NCBI RefSeq assembly: GCF_009914755.1
Contig: NC_060944.1
Length of the DNA stretch: 64,000 bases
Direction: 5' to 3' (one strand)
DNA from: the human T2T-CHM13v2.0 reference genome, Homo sapiens
The notes beneath the pieces were generated by a model, which saw only the letters and a list, made by a program, of their open reading frames with translations, had not been told where the DNA came from and did not search any database. The stretch's first letter is position 1. Each line of letters opens with the position of its first letter. Position numbers and translations under genes: made by a program. Shown piece after piece: positions 13,099 through 25,375 of this stretch.

Positions 13099-15324
13099 TA
13101 GCCATAAATTGGCAAGGCAAAAATAATCACAAGCATTTCTCCTTGTGCTTCATGTTACTTGTTGTCATGGCAGCCTGTATTTTGAAAATGGATTTGAATT
13201 TGCCCCTGGATGTATTAAAATATATTAATTTTTGGCATGGAATGAATTTTAGTTTTGTATCATGTCATCAGTATAAAAGATTCCAGGAGAGAATTTATGT
13301 TTGCCAAGGTGCCATTGGTGTGATAATATTAAGAGTTTCCATAGTAATTCTTCCTACTCCAGTGCTAATTTGCTCTCATTGAGCATATGTTGGGATTTCC
13401 CAGAAGGAAGAAGTTAGATGGAAGCAGCATGAGTTGGACACTGGGAGGGATGAACTAGGCCTGCTTCAGAAAGAGAGCAGTCACTTTAATCACCAAATCC
13501 AAGGAGTAAAGCAAAGTCACATTCCATCTGGGTCAAGGTTGATGTGTGAGGAGTGTTATTGCAGGAATGGGAAAGAGTGGCAAAGGGGTTTGGATCTTAG
13601 CAGAGTCCTCTTTATTCTCTCAGTATCAGACTCATTCAACAAAGGGTCTTATTCAAGATGTGGTAGGGCTGCTCAAACAAATGCAGGGCCTGTGGAGGGA
13701 GAGCCTGGCTTGGGGTCATGATGCTTTCCCGGGCTACATTACTCAAAGCCTCAAGAGCATGATTTGCCAACATGGCCTTACCCTGGGAGTGTAATAAATG
13801 AAAGAACTGGTACTGGAGGCCAGCCAGGCAATCAGGCCTTAGGCAATATATAGGCGTTTGGGAAGAAAGGACTCATATAGACACCTGAGTATGCATTCTC
13901 TCTCACCACTATGCATGTTGACCATCATATACAAAATAGTAACTATTTCCAAAGCTTTCTTTCCTCATAGGCAGGGAGGTGCTGACACCCTCCTAAATTA
14001 GGTCTCCATTGCCCTAGGATTGGGTAGGGTTGTGGATGCTGGTGGCCAGTAGTCAGTGCCTGCCACTGTGCTGGTCAGGGCTAGGGAAGTTGAGTGATGG
14101 GTTTTTTCCAACTGCTTCTTTTCTGGCCCATGAGAACAACGGAAGGCAGCATGACCTGGAAGATGAGATGTGGCCTCTTTGCCAGCACAGTTTAGAGCTG
14201 AACCTAAGGCTAATGCTCTGGGCCAATAGTCATTGACCTCTAAAACCAAGGCTTCCCTGAGTCAGGGAGCCTCAAATTCTGCAGTCTGCACTCCACACTC
14301 TTCACTGTTTACTTATCTGATGGAGCTGTTCTCTTGGAAAGCTGTGTTATTCCTGTAATGCAAAGTGACAGAGAAAATAAAAACACCCAGCTGAGAAAAA
14401 GCCACAATGTTAATGTGAAACACAAACTTTCTGTTCATCTGAATCTCAGTTTATTTTAAAACAGAACCATAACGGCTCAGATCCTGAAGACTGGGAAGCA
14501 CTGTTGCTACAGCTGTCCCACTCTCAGATCCTTCTCTGACTTGCCTTCTGGTCTTAATCCTTAGCACTTTTCCCAGGAAGGAATGTCAAGTCAAGGTGGT
14601 AAGATGTCAGATTGCCCTCCCTGAATATGGCTTAAAGACCAAGTTAAGAGCAAATTCTTAAGTTTGCAGTAGATGAACCAGAAACTAGTCACCATATGCT
14701 CCCCACTAACACTGAAGTCCCTCTGGCTGAATAAAAGCTTGGCCTGAGTTTCCCAGGAGGTTTGTTCTGGATGAATCTGGCTTTTGTGTTCCATCTGAAC
14801 CAAGTTCGGGGTCTAATCCCAAACTCTCACAAGCTGGCATTGAGCGACATCTGTTTGGCATCTTCTATACCCTGTTTTCTTGGTGTTTGCCTGCATTTTT
14901 TGGAATTAGCTCAATTTTCTTATTTTTTTTTCTGGATGGTTTCTGAACAGTACTATCCATATAAGAATTTTAGTCATATAAAGCCCTAGGGAGAACCCTG
15001 CTATGTAGGCTGCTTCCTGTCCTCATTCCACCCCCAAACTGGAAAAACAGGAGCCCATGGTGGAAAACAAAGAGAAGCAGTCCAAGTATTAGAAGAAAAG
15101 CAGGAAATTGTCCCATAGGAGAGTGTTTCATGAAGCAAGGATGCAACAATACCTCAAATTACACCTCTCTAAGAAGAAAGTTTAAAAAGTCCCTACTAAG
15201 TTAAGAATTAGTGACCTTAACTAAGTAGGGTTGTGATGGTAAACTCAGAATGCAATAAATTAAAAAGTGCATGAGAATGAAGAAAAAGGAGATACTGCCT
15301 TTTCAAGGTACTTGCTCTGGAGCA

Positions 15325-15425
15325 CCAGTTCCTAACTTGGTGTGCACACTAGACTCCCCTGGAGAGGATTTAAAAAATATTGATGCCTGGGCTTCATCCC
15401 GGAGATTCTGGTTTAACTAGATTTA
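15325..15425. mobile_element. MER5-family DNA transposon fragment
   Basis: tgcacactagactcccctggagagg...aaaaatattgatgcctgggc...ggagattctggtttaa. Confidence 0.55.
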
Positions 15426-17084
15426 GGTCTTTGAGGGAGCATATTTTGTTTTATTTTATTTTTAAGATGAAAATCACTTGACCTATTTGTAGCCTAACTA
15501 TAAGTAGCTAGGAGAAAGGGAGAAATTAAAAGTACAAAGGGAGTGGTTGGGTAATGATGTCATGGGATGGCCAAAAAGGCAGCCGCTGGGATCCAAAGTT
15601 CAGGTGGTTGATCTTAGACCTGAAGAGGTGAATCAAGACCAAGGGGGCAAGGTGGCTTCCTTTGCCAATGTGGACCTTCATCTGGTGGTTTTTAGTTCAT
15701 GACGTTGGAGGCTAAGCTATTTTCTGAGAATCTTTTTTGACCAAAAGCAGAGGATCTGATGACATTTTTGGCTTGATTGGCCAACACAGCCTTACCTTGG
15801 GAGTGTAATAAATGATACGGGGAAACGTCTTCCCTGGACTTTAGTATGATCACAAATGCTTTGGTGATGGAATGGGGATAGGGTGAATAATAAAAGCTTA
15901 CTGACAGTAAATGATGACTTGGGAAGGAAAGACTGGGCCTAATAAGACATACCTGAACCCTTCCATGAGAACTTCTAAAATTTTAGTGACAATTCATTTA
16001 AAGAGCAATTGGTCAGTCACCTTAAGTTGGTCATGGCGCGTTGTGCTGGAGAGGAAGAGATAAACCCAGACTAGAACAAACCAGTGAGCTGGGAAAAATG
16101 AGACCCAAGAAAACAGAGATGCCCCTGGTGGAAAACCATGAAGACAGTGTGGAAAGTCAATCAGACAAAGTCTAGGGGAGAGGACAAGGCTGGCAGTGAG
16201 GAAGTGGGTGAGTTCCAGGCAACTCTTGTGGCCGCTGGGTCTTTTCTGTGGTTCTGTCACTTCCTTTGTAAGTGGATGTGACATGAGTCTTGAAGGGACA
16301 GATAAGAATACCTCTCACCAGGGTTTATCATTATTGGTTCACATCTGTCATATTCAGTAGAATATGTATTTTTTAAAGAAATTAGGTTTGTTTTGTATAA
16401 AGATTAGATGTATACAATAAAAATATTAAGTAATAATAAAAATCACGAAATAAAAAGGAAGAGAATCCCTCTACCTCTACACTATGAATCTTGCTTCCCA
16501 GAGGTAACCACCATTAATATTTTTTGGGTAGGGATTCTTCTGTGTGCATGTAGGCATAGGAAAATGATCACTCTTGTAATATCGATTTTTAAGGCTAAAA
16601 ACCAGATAAATACATAATACTGTGATAAATAAGAAAAAAGTAAGGTGCTACAAATGTCTAACATAGCTGCTTGGGAAACTGACAAACTCAGTTTTAAATG
16701 GTATGTATAAGTGGTGAGGAAAATACGCTAAATGTATATGAGTGGTTCTGAGGAATAGTGAATGAGGAATCACTATTTTATAGTCATATTCTCTACTGGT
16801 GAAGTCATAGATAGTCATATTCTCTACAGGTGAATCAAGAGGGATTATCACATTTTGCAGTAATAATTTTACTTGCTCTGAAGCACCATTGAGAATGGAT
16901 TGTTAAAGAGATAATTGGTGAGCCTTTACCTGTGAATGCTGTACTCATCAGGAACCAGCATGCACTTGCAGAAATAAATCAGGAATTAAGTTAGACTACC
17001 AGTGTTGTTTTTTTTAAAGGGTCTTTAGGTTGGTAGCTAAAGAAGAAATATAAATGGTGTTCCTCAAATTAATTGGGGGCTTGA

Positions 17085-17415
17085 AATGTGATATCATGAT
17101 ATTCTTGTGGACAAGATGGAGGTATACGTTCTAGATAGTATTGAAGTTGGAAGGACTTTTAGCTAACAGCAGTCAAGGAATGTTATAAACTAATCAACCT
17201 CAGCTGAAAGTGAGAGCAGCTCTATCCTAAGGTCTGTCTTATTATTTGCTTTATTTTGACTAATTTCTGGGAAAACATATACAATGTCTCTGGTACATAG
17301 TAGATGATCAGTAAAAATACTTGCTGAATAATGTGATGTGAAAATGAATGCAGGAAAAAGTGATCGAAGGATGACATGAATTTGGAAGGAACAACTAGCT
17401 AATAATCTGGGTGAT
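17085..17415 (+). mobile_element. Possible L3/CR1 fragment
   Basis: catgatattcttgtggacaagatggag resembles CR1/L3 RT-region sequence; highly degenerate. Confidence 0.4.
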
Positions 17416-18274
17416 GCAATTAGGAAACAAACTAACAAACAAAAAACCTCTTGGACAATGGCCCAGGTAGATCATCCACCTGCCGTGCAGTAGGTGAAAA
17501 GAATGAAAGTTCTCACCTGCTGCATTTGTTCTTTCATTTGATTTGTTCTTTCATGCAAATCTCAGCTTCTGAAGCAGAGAGAGCAGGCTGGATGGCTGCA
17601 AGTCCATTTCCTGAGCTTTTTTGTTCCCTGGCTGTATGCTGGTGCAACACTGCAATGAATTTGAAGGAAATTGCAGAGTTCCCCCAAATCCATCCTGTCT
17701 TGTCTGGTACTCCCAGAGAGCAATCATGGTTAGCCATTAAGACTGTATCACCTTTCTACCGAACAGTCTCTTCAAGAAACTGCTAACTTCTTGTGGCACC
17801 CAGTTTGATGACTGTAGGAAGGAGTCTCCAGCCCCTTGGCCTCTGGCTGCATTCCTGGAAAGACACTCTATCTCTTAGTTTTCTCTCCCCTCAATTTATT
17901 GTCAAACCATGCAAATGAGGCTTCCTTAACTATTTCTTGGACATCTTAAAATTAAAGTCTGCACATTAATAATTTGTTCAGCTTGTTGGTAAAAGTAGCA
18001 TCAATATTATGAGATCATTGGTCTGGCCTGGGTTCTCTATTCAAATCTTCATTTCCAGGAGCTAAGGATGCCCGCCCTCCTCTTTTGAGTCCCACACCCA
18101 TCCTCTCACATATTTATCTACTTCAATTAAGAGTGGGAAATTTGTTCAAGAGGAGACAGTCCTGGGGGACATGAAGGGAATTTTTTTGTCAGGGAGGCAA
18201 TGTAAGGTCTGAACTATATGGTCATCTTGTTGAGAGCAGAGTCTCTGCTTGCTTCATTCTCCATCCTTTATATT

Positions 18275-18415
18275 CTTGTTACTTAAAGTGTAGTTCACCT
18301 CACCTGGGAGCTTGTTGGAATTGCAGAATCCCTCTGCTGAATCAGACTCTGCAGTTTAATCAGATCACCAGTGATGGTGATTTGCATGCACATTAACCTT
18401 CAGCAGCATGGGTCT
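18275..18415. mobile_element. MER5A-like fragment
   Basis: cacctgggagcttgttggaattgcagaatc...ctgaatcagactctgcagtttaa. Confidence 0.7.
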
Positions 18416-18478
18416 GTATTACCCAACAAAGCGTGGTGAAGGAGGAAGTAGGCAGCTAACATTTATTGTGTGAGATGG

Positions 18479-18585
18479 CAGGAGAGAGAGGAAAGGAAGG
18501 GAAGAAAAAGGAAGGGGAAGGGAGGGTAGGGGAGAGGAGGAGAGGAGAGGGCAGGGAAGGGGGGGAGGAGGGGATGGGGAGGGAA
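18479..18585. repeat. GA-rich polypurine low-complexity tract
   Basis: About 105 bp almost entirely G/A (ggaaggggaagggagggtaggggagagg...). Confidence 0.9.
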
Positions 18586-18901
18586 TGAAATAATATAAAT
18601 TCACATGGGGAGAAAACAGTCTGAATTTGTGACAAGTATGACATAAAATTTTACTTAGTTTGCATATGGTAACACAAACCCATTGTTACAACTTTCTACT
18701 TTAGTAATAAAGTGAATATTGTGCACCTTAGGAGAAATTACTCACATATTTACATTTTACTTTCTTGCCTTGGAAAGGTATTTTTAAAATAGGTTAAATA
18801 TTTCCATGGTTCTTTGATCAATATTTTAGAAAATGGATCATAAATAGAAGAAAAGTGAATTACTCCCTAGTTCAGGACACGTTATTAAAAAATCCAAGTT
18901 G

Positions 18902-19027
18902 GGCCAGGCACTGTGGCTCATGCCTATAATCCCAGCACTTCTGGAGGCTGAGGTGGGAAGATTGCTTGAGGTCAGGAGTTAAATACCAGACTGGGAAATA
19001 TTTCGTAGAGACCCTATCTCTACAAAA

Positions 19028-19070
<43 letters not shown>

Positions 19071-19235
19071 AAATTAGCCAGGCATGGTGGTGTGAGCCTA
19101 TAGTCCTAGTTACTTGGGAGGCTGAAGTGGGAGGATCATTTGAGCCCAGGAGTTTGAGGTTACAGTGAGCTATGATTGGGCCACCGTAGTCTAGCCTGGG
19201 TAATAGAGTGAGACCCTGTATGTTAAAAAAAAAAA
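18902..19235 (+). mobile_element. AluJ with (AAAT)n expansion in the middle A-rich linker
   Basis: J-type gaggatcatttgagcccaggagtttgaggttacagtgagctatgat; (aaat)n at about 19024-19070. Confidence 0.9.
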
Positions 19236-19269
19236 TCAAATTGTGGAGAACACTTGATCCATTCATAGA

Positions 19270-19960
19270 GTAAGCATGTTTCAAATAATATACAGTTGCT
19301 CTCATGAAGCTCATGGTCTAGGGTAAGGAAACAAATCTATAAACACTGTTCCCCCAAACAACATATTACAGTTACTATATTATATGCTATTAAAGGTAGG
19401 TACCGAAAGACAATTTACCTTTGCCAAGAGTGGGGAAGGGACTGGAGAGGACACCCCAGAGGATATAATTGCTGAGGTTCATCTTGAGGACTAGATTGGA
19501 GTTTGCCAGGTATTCAGTCACAAGACAGCAGTGTGTGCTAAGGTCATAGAGAGGACAACATGTCTTAGGGACTGAGGTGTGTGGTGTGGCTGAAACTCAG
19601 GCTTTGGGGAAACAAGAGGGGTGAAGGGACATGAGGTTGGTGAAGTGAACAGGAGCTAGATCAGAAGGGCCCTGAATGCTGGTCTAGGCAGATGAACTCC
19701 TCCTGAAAGGAAGGTTTGGATCAGTATCTTCGTTTTAGAAAGATAATTTGAGAGGTTATGTGTGTGATGGATAGATAAGGGTGGTAATGGCAGGAGGAGG
19801 AGAGAGGGTGATGGTGAAGGCAGGTGGAGTGAGGAAGCCCAGTGAACTGGGCTGTTGCATTTTTAAAATAAGACTACATGGTCATGGCAGATTGACTTCA
19901 GGCAGTGACCAACCATAAAGCTAGAAAGAACCATGAACATTTTAGAGACATTCAGGAAGG
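19270..19960 (-). mobile_element. L2 fragment(s)
   Basis: tgctctcatgaagctcatggtctag...ggagtttgccagg...ttttagaaagataattt are typical antisense L2 motifs. Confidence 0.6.
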
Positions 19961-22459
19961 ATTCAGCTTTATTATCCTGTGACTGCCTTATTTGTTGACA
20001 AAAGTTCTCCAACGATCAAAGCCCCATTCCTGAGATTTTTGGCACTGGCTGTAGAAAGAACAGGAACATTAGAAAGCCCAGAAGCTGTTTTCTTTCATTA
20101 CTATGTTTTGTTTTGCTCCTCAAGTAACTCTTGCCATTCTGTGAAGCTTTACAGAAAATCCCAAGTATCTTTTACCACCAGGATAAGCTTTTCTCTATAG
20201 CCTAAGTTTAATAATTCACAGTTGTGAACACATTTAAAGAGTGAATTCCCAGTCAGCATGTTCATTGTGAATTGACATAGTTTCTTTAAAGGCACATCGT
20301 GGGTAGTGCACTACATGGAGAAAGAAATACAGGTAGGGAGTTGAGAAGGGAGGCTTGTTGAATATTTTAAAGAGTTGACGGGACCCCAAAAGCCTGCTTT
20401 GCTAAATCTGAACATTAAACTCAGAAGCAATGTCGCTTGGATTCCTGGGAAGCATGTGTCCTGGAGGGTGGGGATTGGGACGGTGTTGTCAATTCTTCCA
20501 TTTGCATTTTCTCCTGACTCTTCACCTCCAACCTTTTTGTATTCAGAAATGCAACCTGGCTCATCTTTATCCTCCCAGTACTCCAGGGTTTCTAAATTGA
20601 GGATCCATAGTTCTCTGCCGAGTCTTGGAATATTTTGAAATTGAATGCAGACTCCATGTGTACATATGTAGCTTTTTGACATTTTCTTGGCAGAGTCCTT
20701 CACATTACATGAGATTCTCAAAGGCATCTGTTATGTAGCAAAGGGAAAGAATCATTGCTCTACACGTTGTGGCCTATCCCCAGCCCTGAGCAAGTGCATC
20801 ATCTCCGTCTTTGTCAGGATGAATTCCAAAACCCTCTTTCCAGCTAATGCTATTCTAGTGAGCTCCTAACCACTGTCTCCACTGCCTGTTTGGCAGCTGG
20901 AGACACACAGCAATGAGCACACCCAAAACCTGAGCTTGTTACCTTCCTCCTCAACCTTGTGCTCCTCCTTTGTACATGTGGAGTAAAATGCCCTTTATTT
21001 GTTTTTTTACCATCTGCAGTCAACCTGTCATTAATTCTTGATAACATTACCTCTGTTTTTGAAATTTACTCCCTTTTCTTGATTCTCTGTTACTTAGAGA
21101 ACCCATCCAATCTACAGGATGTAGGAGAGCCCATTAATAAGTGATTCTAGTCTTGTCTCCTATCATCATGCCAATTCAGACTCCAACTGCACTATGTATA
21201 TTGTTCTTCATCTCTCTGACTTTGTGCAAGCTGTTCTCTCTACCTGCAAAGATCTTTCCTTTATCAGATGCTTGATAATCACATCTGTGAGACTCCATTC
21301 AACTATGACGTCTTGATGTCTTCTTGACAATTCAAGCTACTCCTTTCCTCCATGTGTATGAAATGTTTCTGGCATAGTACTTAATTCAGTGAGTTTATTT
21401 CTCTGTTTCTGTACCCATTTCTCCAGCTGGGTACTGTGGTTCAGAATAATATTAAATTACACAAATTCTAGAGTTACTCAGAGTCATGGATAACAATGCC
21501 CAGTCCACTAAACAGCTTATTAAAATGCCCATAACTTCCAAAGTTCTCCCATACCTTCTATACCTTTGCTATGTTAATCAGTCGTAATAACCCTTTAAAA
21601 GAAAACCTTTTAACATATTTTCTGTTTATCTCAAATATTTCCTTCCTTTGTCCTCAAGGTTGGGCAGTAATTGGGAAAAAAATTCTATTTTCCTTTCTTT
21701 CCCTGATCCCACTCAAGTTGAGCAGGCCCTGGCTCCGTGCCCACCCACCTTTATTCCAGATGTTACCCTGGCGAACATCTAAGTCTGTAACCAGGCAACC
21801 ATTGGGAAGAGGGCCTTCCTGGCTCTGGGCCTAGAAACAAAAGAAAAACAAATAGGAGGATGTCTTGAGTCTTCTACTTACTTTGGTTTTCCAATCTCAT
21901 TTCCCCCAAACTTTTATTATTTTTGTAATGGAAACTGGGGGTGGGTATCTGGGCTGTCTGTTCACACACCAAATGTCCGGTCTGTTATGGAGCAGGGCTC
22001 TGGCTGGATTTGATCCTATTGATCCTGATTTGGGGCTATGACTGCCAAGGAAAACATTCTTACTCCCCCTCTCACCATGTTGGAAAGGAAAGCATTGACC
22101 ATGTGGCCATGCAGTGATGAAGTTTGGGGCCCAGCTGAGACAGGGCTCTCAGGCAACTGAATAGCTTCATGCAGATAAGACTAAGCATACCAAATGAAAT
22201 TTCTGTGGCCAGTTAGACATCCCAAAACATCTCTTCAGTGCACATCCCTCTTGCCCTCTTTGCCTTCTGCCTAGACTGTTGTTAATTGTTGCTGTGGTTT
22301 CTTTTTAACTGCATGGCTTAGAATTCTAATCCTGTCTTCCTGATTCTGTTGGAGAAGTCATCTTAGACATAATAGCATGACCCCATTTAAACCCATTCAG
22401 TGGCTCTTCTTAGCCTACAGCCTAATTTCCTAAAGTCTGGAATTTTGTCGTTGAGAAGC

Positions 22460-23180
22460 ATAATTTATTCATTCAACACTTACTTCCTGAGTACTTATCT
22501 TATGCCAGGTATTGCCATTCTTCTAGGTACTGTGGATAGTCCTTGTAATCAAAATACAGTAAAACCTCACACTCCTGAAGCTTGTATTCTGGAGGCAAAG
22601 GGAGAAAATAAATTAACAATTAAAAAATACAGTATGTTGGATAGTGATAAGTGTTATGAAAAGCAATAAAGCAAGGAGAGAGGATGCAGGTACAAGGGTT
22701 GGGGGAGTCTGTGAAAATTTCCTGAGAAGGTGATAGCTGAGAAGAGAAAAGTAGTTGGTGACAGACCCAACCTAGTAGGGGATATCTGTGGGAGAACTTT
22801 CCAGGTAGAGGGAAGAGTAAGGGCAGAGGCCTGGCCGTGGGAGCATGCCCGATCTATTTGAGTTAGAACAAGATGTCCAATGTGGCTGGAGTAGAATGAT
22901 ACAAGGACAGAGGAAGGAGAGACGAGTTTAGAACAGTGGCAAAAGGACGTACTTTATAGATTCTTTAGAACATTATGTGGACTTTGCTTGTCACATGCAG
23001 TGCAGTGAGAATCCATAGAAGAGTTTTAGATTTTAAGAAGAGCAATCTTATGATCTAATTTACTTCTAGAGGGATCATTCAGGCTCCTATAGAAAATTTA
23101 TTGTAGAGAGGCAAGTGGGGAGATTTGTTAGGCATCTATTGCAATAGTGTGGCAAAATAATGGGGGATTTCGCCAGAATT
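22460..23180 (-). mobile_element. L2 fragment
   Basis: ttcattcaacacttacttcctgagtacttatcttatgccagg...gataagtgttatgaaaagcaataaagca...tttccaggtagagggaagag. Confidence 0.75.
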
Positions 23181-23723
23181 AGATGTTTTTGCCAGTGCCT
23201 CCTCTTTGATGATTTTCTCCAAATAGACATCGATTTTCTGGCTGAATTTCTCTGGTCACAGGAAACTTGCTCCCTACTGTACTTCTTTGGGTATGCTCAG
23301 ATCTTTAGTTATTCCTTTTACTTTTACTGTTCCTATTACTGTTCCTTTTACTTTTCCTATTCGTTTTACTGAGACAGAGTTTGTCTTCTATAGGTTTCTT
23401 TCCTTCATCATTTTGGTCCTACCCCTTAAGTTAATTAAAAACAAATCTTTTTCCTCCCTTCGCTACCATGCCATCTTAGGCCCCTCTTCTCCAGAATCAG
23501 TATCTCCAGTCCCTGGCTCATTCATTGCTTACCATTGTCCCAGTCACACCTCTCCATCCTGAGCACCCTCCTGTGAAGGCTCTTTAGCTGGGAGAGTGGT
23601 ATCTTTGCCAACTTGGAAGTCGGGGGCTACAGAAAAGCAAAGGCTATGTAGTCTGGATCTTTACCCTTCAGTAACACTTAGTCACAGAGGTCAGAAGGGT
23701 GACTGACCTCTGTGCTCCAGCTG

Positions 23724-23764
23724 ATTATTATTATTATTATTAGTAGTAGTAGTAGTAGTAGTAG
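23724..23764. repeat. Compound (ATT)n(AGT)n microsatellite
   Basis: attattattattattattagtagtagtagtagtagtagtag. Confidence 0.9.
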
Positions 23765-24497
23765 GGTCTACTTCATTTCCACCACCTTTTTTTCTGGGGC
23801 ATAGTAAGAGTTAACTTCTAAACAAACTCACACTACTTTGCAAGCAACAGCAAACACCCAGTGTAATACTGTCCTTATAAAATATGTCTTTCCATAATGT
23901 GACCCAAAGCATAGAGAATATTTTTACTCCAGCATTTCCTGCCATTAATGTTTTCCTTTTGCAATCTTCACATAGTGTTATGAGTGAGTTGTGTGTTACA
24001 AAAAGCTACATAAACACTCTCACCTTGTAATCTACTGTAATGGCATTAGTAAGGCAGCTCTGGGTTTCACTCTTCTTTCCTAAGTGTAACAAACACAAAA
24101 TTTTTATACCATTCAGCAGTAGAGGAGAAAAATATCTCTTAAGAATGAGGTGTAAGAGGTAGACAGCGCTGTATTGAGGTGGTACTGCCACTCTGACAGC
24201 AACTGAGTATATGAAGTTTGGCAAAATTCCCATCCCAATTGGGGAGCTACCAAGTCATCACACATGCATTTCTGTTGGAATCATTTTATTTCTACCCTAA
24301 ATGATAATAGAACATATGGATTTGGGGATAGCAGAGATGAAAGCCATTTCTTCCTTGTAAGTTTCCACTGAGGGATTGTACTCGCCAAAGAAGTACAAAT
24401 GCATTTTAGATCTACAATCATTTATCAATTATCAAACACCTATCAAAATCATAGGGTTGGCTCTATATTATGTTGGAAGAATAAAAATATGACTCGA

Positions 24498-24578
24498 GAA
24501 CCCGGGAAGGCGGAGCTTGCAGTGAGCCGAGATCCCGCCACTGCACTCCAGCCTGGGCGACAGAGCGAGACTCCGTCT

Positions 24579-24627
<49 letters not shown>
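24498..24627 (+). mobile_element. 5'-truncated young AluY (AluYa5-like) with 48-nt pure poly(A) and 15-bp TSD
   Basis: gagatcccgccactgc (Ya5 diagnostic C), all CpGs intact, A run 24580-24627, TSD aaaaatatgactcga at 24483-24497 and 24623-24637. Confidence 0.9.
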
Positions 24628-24630
<3 letters not shown>

Positions 24631-24879
24631 GACTCGAACAGGCCCTTGACCTTGGTGGACTTTAAGTGAGGGAGAAATAAATTATCCCAGATATTTGCAA
24701 TGCTAGAAAGAGATGCAAAGCTAAGATGGGTAAAGAAGAAGTAGTAATTAACACCTTGAAGACTATTTAGCAGTTCTCCAAGAATATAAGTAGAAAACAT
24801 ACACGAGAGCTCTAGGGATACAGAAAGGGCATGAAGTTAGTGTTAAACAGGCCTAATCCTGGTTTCTGGAGTCTGCCCT

Positions 24880-25375
24880 TTGGCAGAGACTTCTGTGTTC
24901 CACTGAATTGTCTGTTTTCCTTTTCTTCCTTAAGAAAAAAAAAATCTCAATTTTATTTAGAATAACACTGACCACTAGAAGTCAACATTTTCCAAATTCC
25001 TTTGCATTTTGGTGTGGTCATGTGACTAATTATTGCCTGAAGAGATGTAAGCAAAAAGGTGATACGGAGGATTCTTAAAGAGCTGACAGAGCTGGGAAGG
25101 GCCTCTATTCTGCTTCTTTCCTGCTCTCTGGAATGAAGATGGTCAGAACTGAAGCCCTGGCAGTCATTCTTGAGATGAGAGGCCACATGCTAAGGATAGT
25201 AGAGACTAAACATAGAAGTGTAGGGTTCCTGATGGGTTTGTGGTATAGTTACAACAGGCCTGTATTTCTCACCTATGAAACTCTTTTACCTGAGAGAGAA
25301 ATGATCTTCAGTCTCATATATGTCATTTTACCTTCAGTCTTTGTGTCTAGCAGTGAGCAAACTCCCAACTAATAT
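24880..25375 (+). mobile_element. MLT1J/K-like MaLR LTR
   Basis: ggtgtggtcatgtgactaa...cagtcattcttgagatgagaggccacatgctaaggat...cttcagtctttgtgtctagcag. Confidence 0.65.

Noticed and set aside
20311-20727. 138-aa minus-strand ORF in unique DNA
   Set aside because: No recognisable domain or exon structure; this length is expected by chance in 64 kb.
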